Source of the DNA: a virus | Lineage: Duplodnaviria > Caudoviricetes | Length of the DNA stretch: 31,187 nucleotides | Virus record (IMG/VR): IMGVR_UViG_3300017700_000350 | Span: 1-31,187 of that record | Strand: one strand, 5' to 3' | In this document: positions 6,606 through 16,494 of the stretch, piece after piece | Numbering within the stretch: position 1 is the stretch's first letter | Layout of the letters: every line of letters starts with the position of its first letter | Made by a program: the position numbers and the translations under genes | Notes under the pieces: generated by a model | What the model saw: only the letters and a program-made list of their open reading frames with translations | The model's database searches: none | What the model was told of the DNA's origin: nothing

Positions 6606-7763
6606 TTAGTACTTAATAATAAACAGCACAGCGATGTTGCGGGGCCGCGTTTCGGTCCCGCCCGTCGATGCCGTATTGTATGGAGTAATGGTTTCTGCGC
6701 CGCCCGTTCCGGTCGTGGTCAATCCCGACGCCGTATCATCCGCAGCGGCAGGAGGCGTGACCGAGTGAACGTGTGCCTCAAACTCATCAGACTGCGCGGT
6801 GCCGAACACGCGCGACGGGTCAACGCCCCGTGAGTTGTCCCAGCCACGCATAAACTCGCCGCGCGATTCCGGCAGGTTGAAGGTCGTAGAACCATCGCCA
6901 GAGCCAAACGTAGTACCGATAACCGCAAACAATGCCGCGTAAGTCGTGCGCGAAACCGCTGCCGCGTTACACTCCAACCACCCTGTTGGAGGCGAGTTGG
7001 CCCCGTACATCGTAATGGAGCCGACAGGAACCGCAGCGGCCCAAGTTCCCGCCGCGCTAAGGAACCGTGCCGCAGCCGTATCGCCAGCAGCAGGAGCGGG
7101 AACAAGGCCCTTAGTTCCGCCCGATCCGCTATCACCCACAACCGCGCTCAAAAGCGTAGTTGCTTGGGCGCCGGTCAAGTCCTCAACCACGCCCGTCGCC
7201 GCAGTTACCCGGCCTTTAATCGTCGCCGTAGCAACAGTAGCCAATTTGGCATTCGTAAACGATGCATCCGGGACCGTCACCGCGCCGCTAAAAGTCTGGT
7301 CGCCTGTAAACGTACCCGTTGCCGCAACCGTCAGGGTGTCACCCGAGGCGTTTCCAATGGTCGTGTTACCGTTGACGGTCAGGTTTCCCGTAACCGTCTG
7401 GTTGCCCGCAAACGTCACCCCAAGCGGGAACGTCACGCCGCTGGACGTAGCTGTCAGAACAGCAATACCGCCGCAGACAAGCGCCGACTGATTAGCAGCC
7501 GGAAAATACCAGCCCGTGTCAGTGTCGCCAATCACAGCAATGGACGGCGTACCTAGAGCGCCCGCTGAAACCAAAACGCCTTGAGCAAACGGGATGACCG
7601 CTGACGCCGTAGTTTGGCCATCGGACGCAAGCGATTGCGTCAGGGCGGTTGCCAGATCATCTAGCGTGTCGTTCCAGTCGTCCGACAGAATAGCCGTGTC
7701 GGGCGTTGCCGGGTTCCATGTGTTTGAGGGAGGCGTGTAGCTTCCTGCGCCGTTGCGGCTCAT
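6606..7763 (-). CDS. tail fibre protein with phage tail-collar domain
   Basis: C-terminal VPVGSITMY...PTGWLECN...VSRTTYAALFAVIGTTFGSGDGSTTFNLP..RGEF.RGWD collar signature; MSRNGAGSY N-terminal anchor. Confidence 0.9.
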   Translation of the reverse strand: MSRNGAGSYTPPSNTWNPATPDTAILSDDWNDTLDDLATALTQSLASDGQTTASAVIPFAQGVLVSAGALGTPSIAVIGDTDTGWYFPAANQSALVCGGIAVLTATSSGVTFPLGVTFAGNQTVTGNLTVNGNTTIGNASGDTLTVAATGTFTGDQTFSGAVTVPDASFTNAKLATVATATIKGRVTAATGVVEDLTGAQATTLLSAVVGDSGSGGTKGLVPAPAAGDTAAARFLSAAGTWAAAVPVGSITMYGANSPPTGWLECNAAAVSRTTYAALFAVIGTTFGSGDGSTTFNLPESRGEFMRGWDNSRGVDPSRVFGTAQSDEFEAHVHSVTPPAAADDTASGLTTTGTGGAETITPYNTASTGGTETRPRNIAVLFIIKY

Positions 7764-10040
7764 CTAGTCCTCCTGTCCCGCCGACAAGGCCACGCCCGCA
7801 CGAACGCGGTTAGCCCCACGGGGTCGATTGATAGCGCGGGTAAGCCTGTTGCTGAAGTCTTCCGAACTGCCCATGAGCAAGTCCGCCAACGTTTCGGCGC
7901 TGCGGCGAGCGAAGAAATCATCAATGCCTTGGCCAATCCGACCGGGAACGCCCAGCGGGTTAGACACGGATTTGACCGCGCCAGACGCCATGTTTCCAGC
8001 GCGAAGGGCGTCAATTGCTTCCGCGTTAAACGCTGTTTCAGACCCGGCGCGCTGACGTTGGCCGGTCGCTTGCAGCACTTCGACAAGCCGGGCCATCGGG
8101 TCAGACGGCATTGCTTGTGATGCGTTAGGGCTAAGTGGCGGGAATGCCATGTTAGGGTCAACGGGAGGCGCAGCGGCGTCAATCGCGCCCATGACGGTAC
8201 GGCGCTGTTCAGGATTGCCAAAGGCACGGGCTGCAAAGTTGGCCCCGCCAAACTGGTTATCACCTGTGGCAAGTTGCTGTTGCGCTTCCATCGACTGCCG
8301 AGCCAGATGCTGACGGACAAGCGGCCCTGCCACAGTCGGGTCAACTTCGCCCATCAATTGAAGCGCGCGGGCGGTTTCAGCCGCTTGGCCCTCAAATGGC
8401 ATGGCGGGGAATAGCGCGTCAGTTTGTCCCGCGAGATTTGGCGTAACATCGGATTGACCGGCAATAGCGCCAATCGGGCCACGCCTCAGTGGCTCAATGA
8501 ACGCTTCTCGTCCGGTTGCCACCGTCTGCCGTGCGGCAGAAAATTCCGGTGATGCGTCGCCCGCAAGTTGGCGCGCAAGCCGAGCGGCTTGTTCTCGCTG
8601 CGCCGCAAGCGTGTTGTTGCCCATAGGATTCATCACACTAGGCCGTGCGTTTTCGCCCATTGTGTCGAGTTGCTGAATTACGCGATTGACCGTCGAAAGA
8701 TCGTCAGCGCCGCCCGTCACTAGCGCCGCCAATTCCGGGTTGCCCATCAATTGCTCAGACGCGAGCGAGTAAGACGGGTTTGCTTGCAACGCTGCGAGGT
8801 CAGCCGGGTCAAGGGTTTGGCCGGGCAGTTGATCGTATAGCGGTTGCGCGCTTTCGTTAATGCGGCGGCGCATAATGTCGAGAACGCCCGTTGCGGCCTC
8901 TTGCGCTTGCCCTGCGACCTGTGGACCGCTTGTTTGCGGCGCAATTTGGTTCAGTCGCGCCTCAATAGCGCCTTGCACTTGATTGGGGCGATTGGCAAAC
9001 ATTGGGGCCATGCGCGACGTTTGGCCCTCGACCACGCGCTGCAATCGGCTAAGGCCGGTCCCGCCATTTGACGCTTGTTGAATAGCTTCCGCGTTGGTCA
9101 GGTCGATGCCCATAACCTGCGCGTTACGTCGAATCTCAGCCGCCCGTTGCAGAATCTGCGGGGTTACGCCTTGTGCTGCGTTGCGGAGCGAAATATCCGC
9201 ACCGCCTCGCACCGCACTTGCACCACCAACACCAAGGCCACCTAGCAGACCGCCACCAAACCGCGCCAAACCCTCTGCCGTGGTGTCACGCTGCCCGCCG
9301 CTCAACGCACGGGCAAGCTGGCCAGACGTTTCCGACGCAGCAGCAGGCACAAGCCATGAAGCAACCTTGGCTCCAGCGCCACCCGGCGCAATCAAACTTG
9401 GAAGAAACTCGCCAGCCGTGCGCGCATACTCACCCGCCACGCTTTGAGGCTGGTAATAGTCACGGCCAAGGCTACGACGCAGCTCGTCGTTCAATTGCTC
9501 GCCAGACGGGCCAACGAAGCCAAACCCCGGAATGTATTGGCCCGGCTGACCACCGATCAGTTGGCCAAGCGTCCCTTGCATCCCCGCAATGCCCGTTGCG
9601 CCTTCGACAATGCCGGTCGGGATAGACTTGGCAATGTCTTCAGCGACAGAGAAGGGGCGGACGTAAGTTCCTGCGGCCCCCGGAACGTCTCCTAAACGGA
9701 ACTCTCCTTCGCGAGGGTCTTCAGGAAGGGCGTAAACCCTTCCGTCAGGATGCCTAACCCACATTCCCTTTTTCATGCCCGCTTGGGTCGCACGGTCAGC
9801 CGTAGCAAGGTCAATCGGATTGCTTTCCGACAAACCGGGCAACATTTGCGGATAGATGCCGTTATCGCCAGCGTTTTCCAGCGGAATCCACTCGCCGCCT
9901 TCAAACACAACAGTTTCACCCGCTGCATTAGTAGCGGTCGGCGCAGGCTCTGGCGCGGCGTCCATTGGAACCCAAGCGCCGTTGCGGAGAACAAGCGTCT
10001 CGCCGGTTGCCGGGTTCGTTGCTGTGACCTCTTGCGGCAT
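7764..10040 (-). CDS. internal virion / DNA ejection protein (large)
   Basis: 758 aa, Ala/Gly/Gln-rich with glycine-zipper segments; third of three genes between the head-joining and tail genes. Confidence 0.7.
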   Translation of the reverse strand: MPQEVTATNPATGETLVLRNGAWVPMDAAPEPAPTATNAAGETVVFEGGEWIPLENAGDNGIYPQMLPGLSESNPIDLATADRATQAGMKKGMWVRHPDGRVYALPEDPREGEFRLGDVPGAAGTYVRPFSVAEDIAKSIPTGIVEGATGIAGMQGTLGQLIGGQPGQYIPGFGFVGPSGEQLNDELRRSLGRDYYQPQSVAGEYARTAGEFLPSLIAPGGAGAKVASWLVPAAASETSGQLARALSGGQRDTTAEGLARFGGGLLGGLGVGGASAVRGGADISLRNAAQGVTPQILQRAAEIRRNAQVMGIDLTNAEAIQQASNGGTGLSRLQRVVEGQTSRMAPMFANRPNQVQGAIEARLNQIAPQTSGPQVAGQAQEAATGVLDIMRRRINESAQPLYDQLPGQTLDPADLAALQANPSYSLASEQLMGNPELAALVTGGADDLSTVNRVIQQLDTMGENARPSVMNPMGNNTLAAQREQAARLARQLAGDASPEFSAARQTVATGREAFIEPLRRGPIGAIAGQSDVTPNLAGQTDALFPAMPFEGQAAETARALQLMGEVDPTVAGPLVRQHLARQSMEAQQQLATGDNQFGGANFAARAFGNPEQRRTVMGAIDAAAPPVDPNMAFPPLSPNASQAMPSDPMARLVEVLQATGQRQRAGSETAFNAEAIDALRAGNMASGAVKSVSNPLGVPGRIGQGIDDFFARRSAETLADLLMGSSEDFSNRLTRAINRPRGANRVRAGVALSAGQED

Positions 10041-11590
10041 TAATCGACCTCAAAGCCGGGAGGAGGGGGCGGGACATTTGGGCGGGCTTGACGCGGACGG
10101 TTAGGCGCAGCCGGTCGTGGCGCACGGGCTTGCGGACGCGGCGCGGGGGCAGGCTCCCACCCGTAAGCTTGACGCACCGAAGGCGGAACAACGTCATCAA
10201 AAGCACCAGCGCCAAGGCTACGCTCGATAAAGTCGCGACGGCCCATGATTTGCTCACGGAACAGCGGGCTTTGACGGGCGTAAATGTCCTCACCCAACGC
10301 AGCCAATTGCTGCCGGATTTCCGGGCTGAACGTGCCATCCGACCGCAAGTAGCCGATAAGCCCCGCAATACCTCCTTGAAGGCCCTGCATCCGAAGTTGC
10401 AACGCTACGTCCCCCTCACGCACTACACCGTCGTCAGTGAGCCGTTGAAGGCCGTTAATCATGGCATTGTCGCCAGAGCCGTTTTGCGCCCGAAGGCCAG
10501 CCCGCAATGCTTGAATGTTGCGGTTGAGGCTGGTTGCTTGATCGAGAACGGCTTTAAGGCGTCCTTGCTCTGCGGTGATAGCTTCAAACCGAGCGCGTGG
10601 ATTGTTTGGCAAGTCTTCGGACCCGCCAACTTCCGGGCGAAGTCCGTTAGGGCCACGCACATATCCTTCACGCGGAGCCTGCACGACAGACGCCACGCCA
10701 TTAGGCGAAATCTGGTACGTCGTGCCTTCACGCATTCCGTACTCATCGTCAGGACCGGCAACAACCGTCCGCGACCGCGCATCCTCAGGAACGCCTTGCT
10801 CCCCAAACAGCGGAACAGGCGGCGTTGCGCCAGTCGGGTCCACCAAATACTTCACGCCGTTTTGGTCTGTGACTTCACGTCGCTCCGCAGCGGGAGCGGA
10901 CATACGCTGACGCACCGCGTCAATCTCACCACGGACCCAAGCACCAATGGCCGGATCACCCGTCCGCCTGAATGCGTCCAAACCTTCTTGAATCCGCGCC
11001 GCTTCGCCGGGCGTAATACCAAGCGGGTTAGCCGCTGATTGCGGGGCGATTTGTGGTGCTGCCTGCGGGGCGGTTGAGGGTACCATTTGCGGTGCCGGGC
11101 TAACAGGCGCAGCGGGTTGCGGCATGGGCGGAACGTCAGCCATCGGAGGCATCGGTGCAGGCATTCCAGCCGGGGCGGCAGGGGGCATTGCAGAACCCGC
11201 AACCATAGGAGGCGGGGCCGTCATGGCCTCAACAGGCTGTTGCGTGTTTGGAACTGGCGGAACCATTGGGGGAGGCGCAGCAGCGGGCATAGCGGAAGCG
11301 GGCGGCGAACCACCAGAATCCCGCAATACATTAGCCAAAATCATCCCCAGCCCGTCCGCCTCGCCAGTCGTCCGCGCTGTCCGTTCGTCCCGCACTCGCC
11401 TATCAGCACGGTTGGCACTGAACTGCGTGATGCCTTGACCGAGAAGACGCGCCGCAAGCTCGCCGTAACCACCCGTGATTTGCTGGGGCTGGCGCTGTTG
11501 CTCAAGCATTTGAGCCAGCATGGCGCTACGGCGCATCGCCGGGGTTTCAATCATCTGCGGGGCAGGCATGGGAGCGCGGGCGGCTGGCAT
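10040..11590 (-). CDS. internal virion / DNA ejection protein, Pro-rich
   Basis: Start at 11590 by TGATG coupling; long Pro/Ala/Met-rich segment; C-terminal PPPPPGFEVD; synteny. Confidence 0.7.
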   Translation of the reverse strand: MPAARAPMPAPQMIETPAMRRSAMLAQMLEQQRQPQQITGGYGELAARLLGQGITQFSANRADRRVRDERTARTTGEADGLGMILANVLRDSGGSPPASAMPAAAPPPMVPPVPNTQQPVEAMTAPPPMVAGSAMPPAAPAGMPAPMPPMADVPPMPQPAAPVSPAPQMVPSTAPQAAPQIAPQSAANPLGITPGEAARIQEGLDAFRRTGDPAIGAWVRGEIDAVRQRMSAPAAERREVTDQNGVKYLVDPTGATPPVPLFGEQGVPEDARSRTVVAGPDDEYGMREGTTYQISPNGVASVVQAPREGYVRGPNGLRPEVGGSEDLPNNPRARFEAITAEQGRLKAVLDQATSLNRNIQALRAGLRAQNGSGDNAMINGLQRLTDDGVVREGDVALQLRMQGLQGGIAGLIGYLRSDGTFSPEIRQQLAALGEDIYARQSPLFREQIMGRRDFIERSLGAGAFDDVVPPSVRQAYGWEPAPAPRPQARAPRPAAPNRPRQARPNVPPPPPGFEVD

Positions 11591-12660
11591 CAGAGTTTCC
11601 CGTAATCGACCATGAGGAAGCCCGTCCAATGACGGACAACCGCGTCAATCCCTGCCTTCAGAACGTCTTGCGCCATCACGCCAACGTGGCGTTTGCGGCC
11701 CCAAACATACCGATATTCATAGACCGGCAGGCCATTTGCCATCGTGCCAACGCGCTTAATGTCGCGCTTAAGCCTGCGGTCAGAGGCACCAATCGCCGCC
11801 CCGCCAAGCGAGAACAATCCGCTCATGAGGGCTTGCTGTTGCCCCACGCGAGATTGATAGTTGGAGTTCTGCTGATTGAGGCTCATTTGGTTGGCCCCAA
11901 GCACGTCCGTCTGGCCTACGCCGGTCGGGCTGTACTGGATGCCCTGCGGCATGCCAACCGTTCCCGTGCCTAGCAGGGCTTGAAGCTGCTGAAGCGGTTG
12001 GTTCTGGACGTATGCCCGCTCTTGAAGGCCCTGCGTCCGCGCCTGATTACCGAATGTCCCACCGGCAATAGCCTGCTGAATAGCGCGAGATTGCTCCTCG
12101 CCACCGGCTTGAATGGCGCGGTTTGAGGCTTCTCCGTAAGCGTCGTTTCGGTCTCGTGCAAAATCTTGGCGAAGAGTGCGCGTCGCGTCGCTGTTTGCCC
12201 CAAGGCCCTGAGCGGCCAATCTCGCATCCTGCGAGCGTTCCATCCGATCAAACTGCGGGTCAAGGCGACGTGTCTGGCTCGCATAAACCGAATCCTCAAA
12301 CCGTTGACGGTCGAAGTCCGGGGCGTTGAACCCTTGCAGGCCGGGCAGACCGTCCGTGTTCAGGCCAGTTCCAAGCGCGTCGTTTACGCGGCCAATCTGC
12401 TGTCCAGCCGTGTCCAGCGCGCTACCATAGACCGAAGTTGAACGGTCATAGTTCTGCTGTTCGCCGGGCGACAGCGTGGTTTCTTGACGATAGCCACCGG
12501 GCTGTGTGGGGTCGGCGACATAGCGCGTCGTCCCTTGCGGGCCTGACGTTCCGACCATGTTTAGCCGCTGTTGCTCACGCGCCGTCGCGGTATTAGCCGC
12601 GCCTTGCGCGTTGGCAAGTTGGACCGGGTCAGGTGCTGCGGGAGGTTTCGGCTTGGACAT
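11590..12660 (-). CDS. ejection/pilot protein with C-terminal peptidase S74-like (intramolecular chaperone) domain
   Basis: MSKPKPPAAPDP N-terminus, Gln/Ala-rich body, SDRRLKRDI...GLPVYEYRY...GVMAQDV...VDYGKL. Confidence 0.8.
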   Translation of the reverse strand: MSKPKPPAAPDPVQLANAQGAANTATAREQQRLNMVGTSGPQGTTRYVADPTQPGGYRQETTLSPGEQQNYDRSTSVYGSALDTAGQQIGRVNDALGTGLNTDGLPGLQGFNAPDFDRQRFEDSVYASQTRRLDPQFDRMERSQDARLAAQGLGANSDATRTLRQDFARDRNDAYGEASNRAIQAGGEEQSRAIQQAIAGGTFGNQARTQGLQERAYVQNQPLQQLQALLGTGTVGMPQGIQYSPTGVGQTDVLGANQMSLNQQNSNYQSRVGQQQALMSGLFSLGGAAIGASDRRLKRDIKRVGTMANGLPVYEYRYVWGRKRHVGVMAQDVLKAGIDAVVRHWTGFLMVDYGKL

Positions 12661-13096
12661 TCACGCGGCCTTTATTGAAGCGGTGGGCTTGCCATTCGCT
12701 CTTGAGAAGGCCGGATATGATACAGTCATCATCACCGTATCCACGTCGCACAGTCCCCTCATGTTTGAACCCAAACTTGATTAGGAACTGGCGAGCCTTA
12801 CGCAGCTTCTTAGGCGTCAGGCTGGTGATCCGGTTGCATCCAAGCTGGTCGAATGCGTAGCTGAGTATGCCCGTCACTAGGTTGGGCGTCAACCAGTTCG
12901 CCCGTGTAGAGGCAAAGCTAACCTCAATGTTGCGATATTGAGGCTGATACTGGTTAAAAACCACACCGCCAATGAGGTTGTCGTGCTTATCGACCACTCC
13001 GATAGCCTCGCACGGCCCCCAATCCAATCCATGCCCAATTTGGTCCGCTACCCATTGAGCGACTAGCGGCGAGAATGGGCCAGAGACTAGCCTCAA
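12629..13096 (-). CDS. GNAT-family acetyltransferase in the virion module (P22 gp14-like position)
   Basis: YAFDQLGCNRITS...FLIKFGFKHEGTVRR RimJ/RimL-type motif; TTG start coupled to the upstream stop (TTGA). Confidence 0.8.
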   Translation of the reverse strand: MRLVSGPFSPLVAQWVADQIGHGLDWGPCEAIGVVDKHDNLIGGVVFNQYQPQYRNIEVSFASTRANWLTPNLVTGILSYAFDQLGCNRITSLTPKKLRKARQFLIKFGFKHEGTVRRGYGDDDCIISGLLKSEWQAHRFNKGRVNVQAETSRST

Positions 13097-14781
13097 AGTT
13101 GCCCGCCCGTTTGGTTTTGGTACTTCACGTTGAACGCCACAATCTCGCACGGAGCATTCGTATTACGCGCCGCTTGCGTGGCCACAACGCCGTCAGCGTC
13201 ATACGCCACCACGCCATCGTCATCATAGGCTAGATCGACATAGTTTTCGGGTTCAGGGGCGACGCGCATCCGCACCGCTCCGCAATAGCCTATGCCGGTA
13301 ACGCTAGTCCAACTGTCCCGCGTTTGTGCACTAGGCGACCACATGGCCACGTCCCACAACCCACCGTCCCATTGACCGCCCGTCACCGCAATAGTAGTCG
13401 GAACAGCCGTCGGGATGCGTTCTTTGAAGTCAGTGACAATCTCGACAGCCGGGGCAAGCGCACTAGCAATGCGAAGAACGGGTTGCAGCATTTCAAACTT
13501 TTTCAGGCTCCCGCGAGAACCGAAATAGTTAAATGCCGTCTTTATGTCGCCAACGATGCCGGTTTCATCGTCCGCATAGCCCGTGTCCCACTGATAAACC
13601 GCGTCGGACCCACCAAAGTACATTTGGTCATTAGCTACTGCCCAGCAAAACGCATTTATGCCGGTGAACTTGCACCATGCACCCGTCTGGACGTTTTGAA
13701 CGTATTGCGCCGACCGAGACAGGCTGGCAACAGGCACATTAAAGACCGCCAGCGTCCCTTTCGGGTAAAGCGTTCCCTCCCAGCCAAAGTTGTTGCGGTA
13801 GCGCGTGGTCGCCTGCTGAAAGGCGTTTTGGATGCGCTGAGTCAGAGCGACAAGGTTTTCCTGCGCGCGGTCCAGCTTCAAGGCTTGCGAAAGCGGGACA
13901 ACGCCGTCCGTCGTCAGCAAAATAAGGTCAGAACCGTACTTGATAAGCGACCGACGCGAGAGGGGCAGGCCAAGGTCATACACCCCGACCAATGCCCAAT
14001 TGTTTGCATCCGAAGGATCAAGGCCCTGATAGACCGCCACTTGGCCCTGTGTTGTGACCCAAACTGCCAAATCGTCAGCGCCCGAGCCACCGTCCAGCGT
14101 CCAAGTTGCCTGACACAGAATAGCGCCGCCCTTGTCAAAGATAGGGCCAAGGTCGAGAAGCCGCGCCGTTCCTTGGATCGCAAACGGGTCCAAAAACCAC
14201 GTTCGCAGGCTGTTTTCCTGCACAAAGAACAAGCGGCCTTTGTGATCCATCACATCGACCAGCGTAGTCGGGTCTAGCGTAATGCTTCCTGACGTTCCAG
14301 TAATTGCCGTGTCCGCAAACGCTGTGCCGTTGTAGTAAACCGGCGCAACAGACCCATTGGCGGCAATCAGGAATGTTCCCGCATCGTTGGCGAAGTTAAT
14401 CCATTGCCAGCGCGCATTGCCAGCGCCGGTATAAACCTCAACAGGCGCTTCACCGAGATTGGACACGTCAAAGATAGACCCGCCACAAGCCGCAAAAATA
14501 TCATCCGCAGTCGATGACACATGACCGCGCCAAACCATTAGCGTTTCGGTCGGGAGCGGCAGGCCAGATTGCCACGGCACATAACCCTTACGCAGTTCCA
14601 CATAGCCAGCGCGAGGGATAAAGTTGTCCAGAATGACCGCGTTTTCAGGCGGCATATCAGCCAACGGAGACTGTGCATCCCAACCGCCAACCGGGGCCGG
14701 AATAGCGCGACCGATAGAAACTCGCTGTTGAGAGACAGACCGTAGCGGCTGGCGTCCGTAGCGTTGTGCTGATTGTCTCAT
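13093..14781 (-). CDS. head-to-tail joining / packaged-DNA stabilisation protein (P22 gp10-like nozzle)
   Basis: Beta-propeller-like, ~560 aa, IPAPVGGWDA...LDNFIP...LRKG N-terminus; ATGA-coupled start; synteny after the adaptor. Confidence 0.75.
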   Translation of the reverse strand: MRQSAQRYGRQPLRSVSQQRVSIGRAIPAPVGGWDAQSPLADMPPENAVILDNFIPRAGYVELRKGYVPWQSGLPLPTETLMVWRGHVSSTADDIFAACGGSIFDVSNLGEAPVEVYTGAGNARWQWINFANDAGTFLIAANGSVAPVYYNGTAFADTAITGTSGSITLDPTTLVDVMDHKGRLFFVQENSLRTWFLDPFAIQGTARLLDLGPIFDKGGAILCQATWTLDGGSGADDLAVWVTTQGQVAVYQGLDPSDANNWALVGVYDLGLPLSRRSLIKYGSDLILLTTDGVVPLSQALKLDRAQENLVALTQRIQNAFQQATTRYRNNFGWEGTLYPKGTLAVFNVPVASLSRSAQYVQNVQTGAWCKFTGINAFCWAVANDQMYFGGSDAVYQWDTGYADDETGIVGDIKTAFNYFGSRGSLKKFEMLQPVLRIASALAPAVEIVTDFKERIPTAVPTTIAVTGGQWDGGLWDVAMWSPSAQTRDSWTSVTGIGYCGAVRMRVAPEPENYVDLAYDDDGVVAYDADGVVATQAARNTNAPCEIVAFNVKYQNQTGGQL

Positions 14782-14972
14782 AGCGCCACCCATGCCCCGG
14801 AACGGTTCTGATAGCCTTGCGCGCCGATATAGAACAAACGCCCATCGGGGCTATCCGCAGCGTCAGGAAGGGTTGACCCATAGCTAGGGCCGTACAAGGC
14901 CAGCAGCGCATTGATACGCTTGCGCTGCGTCTCTTGGTTCTTTGTGTCAGCGATGGTCAGAAACAAAGCCAT
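14778..14972 (-). CDS. small virion-module protein (64 aa)
   Basis: Coupled at both ends between the adaptor and nozzle genes. Confidence 0.65.
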   Translation of the reverse strand: MALFLTIADTKNQETQRKRINALLALYGPSYGSTLPDAADSPDGRLFYIGAQGYQNRSGAWVAL

Positions 14973-15673
14973 CAGGGGAAGTTGCCTTCTTGAATGTTAG
15001 TCGCCCAGCCGTAGTAAGTCCCGCCCGCGCTATCAATCACACCGTTCCCGCCATCACGCGCCATGCGTTGGCTACGCTCGCTTTGGTAAGTCCGAAAATC
15101 TTCCGCGTAATCGAGGCCCTTGGACTTCAGGAAGCGCCAGCGAAGGCCAAGCGGGAACAGCTTATCATCCAGATACGTCAGGTCCGTATCAGCGAGGAAT
15201 GACGACTGCGCCGACCCAGCCGCCGATTTGGCCCAATCGGTCGTGATATACTCGTATGCAATTTCCTCACCCGCAGCCGGGACAGGCGTAACCAGAAACT
15301 CCCCGTCACGCTCAACAAATGCCAGAAACACCCGGTTAAGCTGCGGTTGCGCTTGGATAGCCTGCCACTCTTGCGGCGTGATCGGGCCGTAGATATTCCG
15401 CATGGTCGTACGGTTGAAGAACGAGTTGGCAATGAAGTGGTCAAAGTCAGACGGGATTGCGCTAGCCTGAACCGCACTCGCTACCGTGCCGAACAAATGC
15501 TGACGACGCATGATCTGCCAATCATACGAACCAGCAAGCTCGTCGCCTTCCTCATTGGCCAGCGCATAGAGTTGCTGAACCTGAATGTCAGTCGAAGCGA
15601 CGACTTCCGTAGGAACCGGGATTGAAAGCAAGCGACACGCTCGCTGGACAATCTGAAGAAGGTTCATGGCCAT
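14972..15673 (-). CDS. head-tail adaptor (P22 gp4 / tail tubular A-like)
   Basis: MNLLQIVQRAC..L, YDWQ, P.DFD and WRFLKSKGLDYAE motifs; synteny. Confidence 0.75.
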   Translation of the reverse strand: MAMNLLQIVQRACRLLSIPVPTEVVASTDIQVQQLYALANEEGDELAGSYDWQIMRRQHLFGTVASAVQASAIPSDFDHFIANSFFNRTTMRNIYGPITPQEWQAIQAQPQLNRVFLAFVERDGEFLVTPVPAAGEEIAYEYITTDWAKSAAGSAQSSFLADTDLTYLDDKLFPLGLRWRFLKSKGLDYAEDFRTYQSERSQRMARDGGNGVIDSAGGTYYGWATNIQEGNFP

Positions 15674-15676
15674 TGA

Positions 15677-15976
15677 TTAAGCTTTCGCGGGACGCCCGCG
15701 CTTTTTAGGCTGCGGAGGGGTTTCAATAGGTGCGGCAGCCCCTCCCGGCTCCCCGTTATCGTCGTGGTCAAACGCCGCTAGAGGAGCGTCGCGGAACGCT
15801 TCCTCTAGGTAACGCTCATACTCAAAACCATGCGCTTTCTTGTCCGCAGCGGTTGCCACACGCGGGCCAATAACCGACGACGAATCCGCCTGATAACGAA
15901 ACATCAAAACGTCATTTACCTTAAAGAAGGTAGCGCCGGGGCGATACATCACGTCGCGTTCAAGGCCGTTCGTCAT
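15677..15976 (-). CDS. hypothetical protein with KKRGRP tail
   Basis: Coupled ORF; basic AT-hook-like C-terminus common in phage head-module genes. Confidence 0.7.
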   Translation of the reverse strand: MTNGLERDVMYRPGATFFKVNDVLMFRYQADSSSVIGPRVATAADKKAHGFEYERYLEEAFRDAPLAAFDHDDNGEPGGAAAPIETPPQPKKRGRPAKA

Positions 15977-16494
15977 ACCGCCACTCTCTCTTGTTTGGTT
16001 TCCAGCGCCAGCGCCAGCTTATCCTCAAGCTCGCGGATGCGTTGCTCCATCGCCATCATCGGCTTCTCAGCCTCAGTTTGCTCAATGAAGCGTTGCGCCT
16101 TCGCCCGCAAGGCGTGACCGCCCATCGGGACACACTTCGTCAGTTGGCTGTCAGACAGGCCCGCAAGCGCTTCAACAGTGCGAATATGGACGCTGTTAAG
16201 CTCCATCACCTGACTGCGGCCCACACCCGCCCATTCGTCCAGCGGCGTACCGCTTTCCGGGGCAACCATGTTGGCTTTGAACGCGGCGTATTGCTGCGCC
16301 CACCGTTCCCGGTGTTCGTCCTTCACGGCCACATCAACGATATTCTTGTTATCGCCCGGCACGATCAGTTCCACATACTCCACGTCGTTCCAGACCTCAC
16401 GGCCCTCTTTCTCCGACAGGAAGTTATTACGCACGGGCTGGACGTGGAAACGCGGGATTACGCGGTCCCGTCCGTCTGGCGCTCTGTAGTCCAT
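15973..16494 (-). CDS. head-module protein with helix-hairpin-helix-like region
   Basis: GGAGG RBS; GTPLDEWAGV...HIRTVEALAGLSD motif; C-terminal coiled coil. Confidence 0.75.
   Translation of the reverse strand: MDYRAPDGRDRVIPRFHVQPVRNNFLSEKEGREVWNDVEYVELIVPGDNKNIVDVAVKDEHRERWAQQYAAFKANMVAPESGTPLDEWAGVGRSQVMELNSVHIRTVEALAGLSDSQLTKCVPMGGHALRAKAQRFIEQTEAEKPMMAMEQRIRELEDKLALALETKQERVAV

Noticed and set aside
11020-11310. Pro/Ala/Met-rich low-complexity stretch as a DNA repeat element
   Set aside because: No exact nucleotide periodicity; explained by a disordered linker in the ejection protein.
10088-14277. Long plus-strand ORFs (10088..11038, 13324..14277 and others)
   Set aside because: Antisense to well-supported structural genes in GC-rich DNA; compositions are not protein-like.
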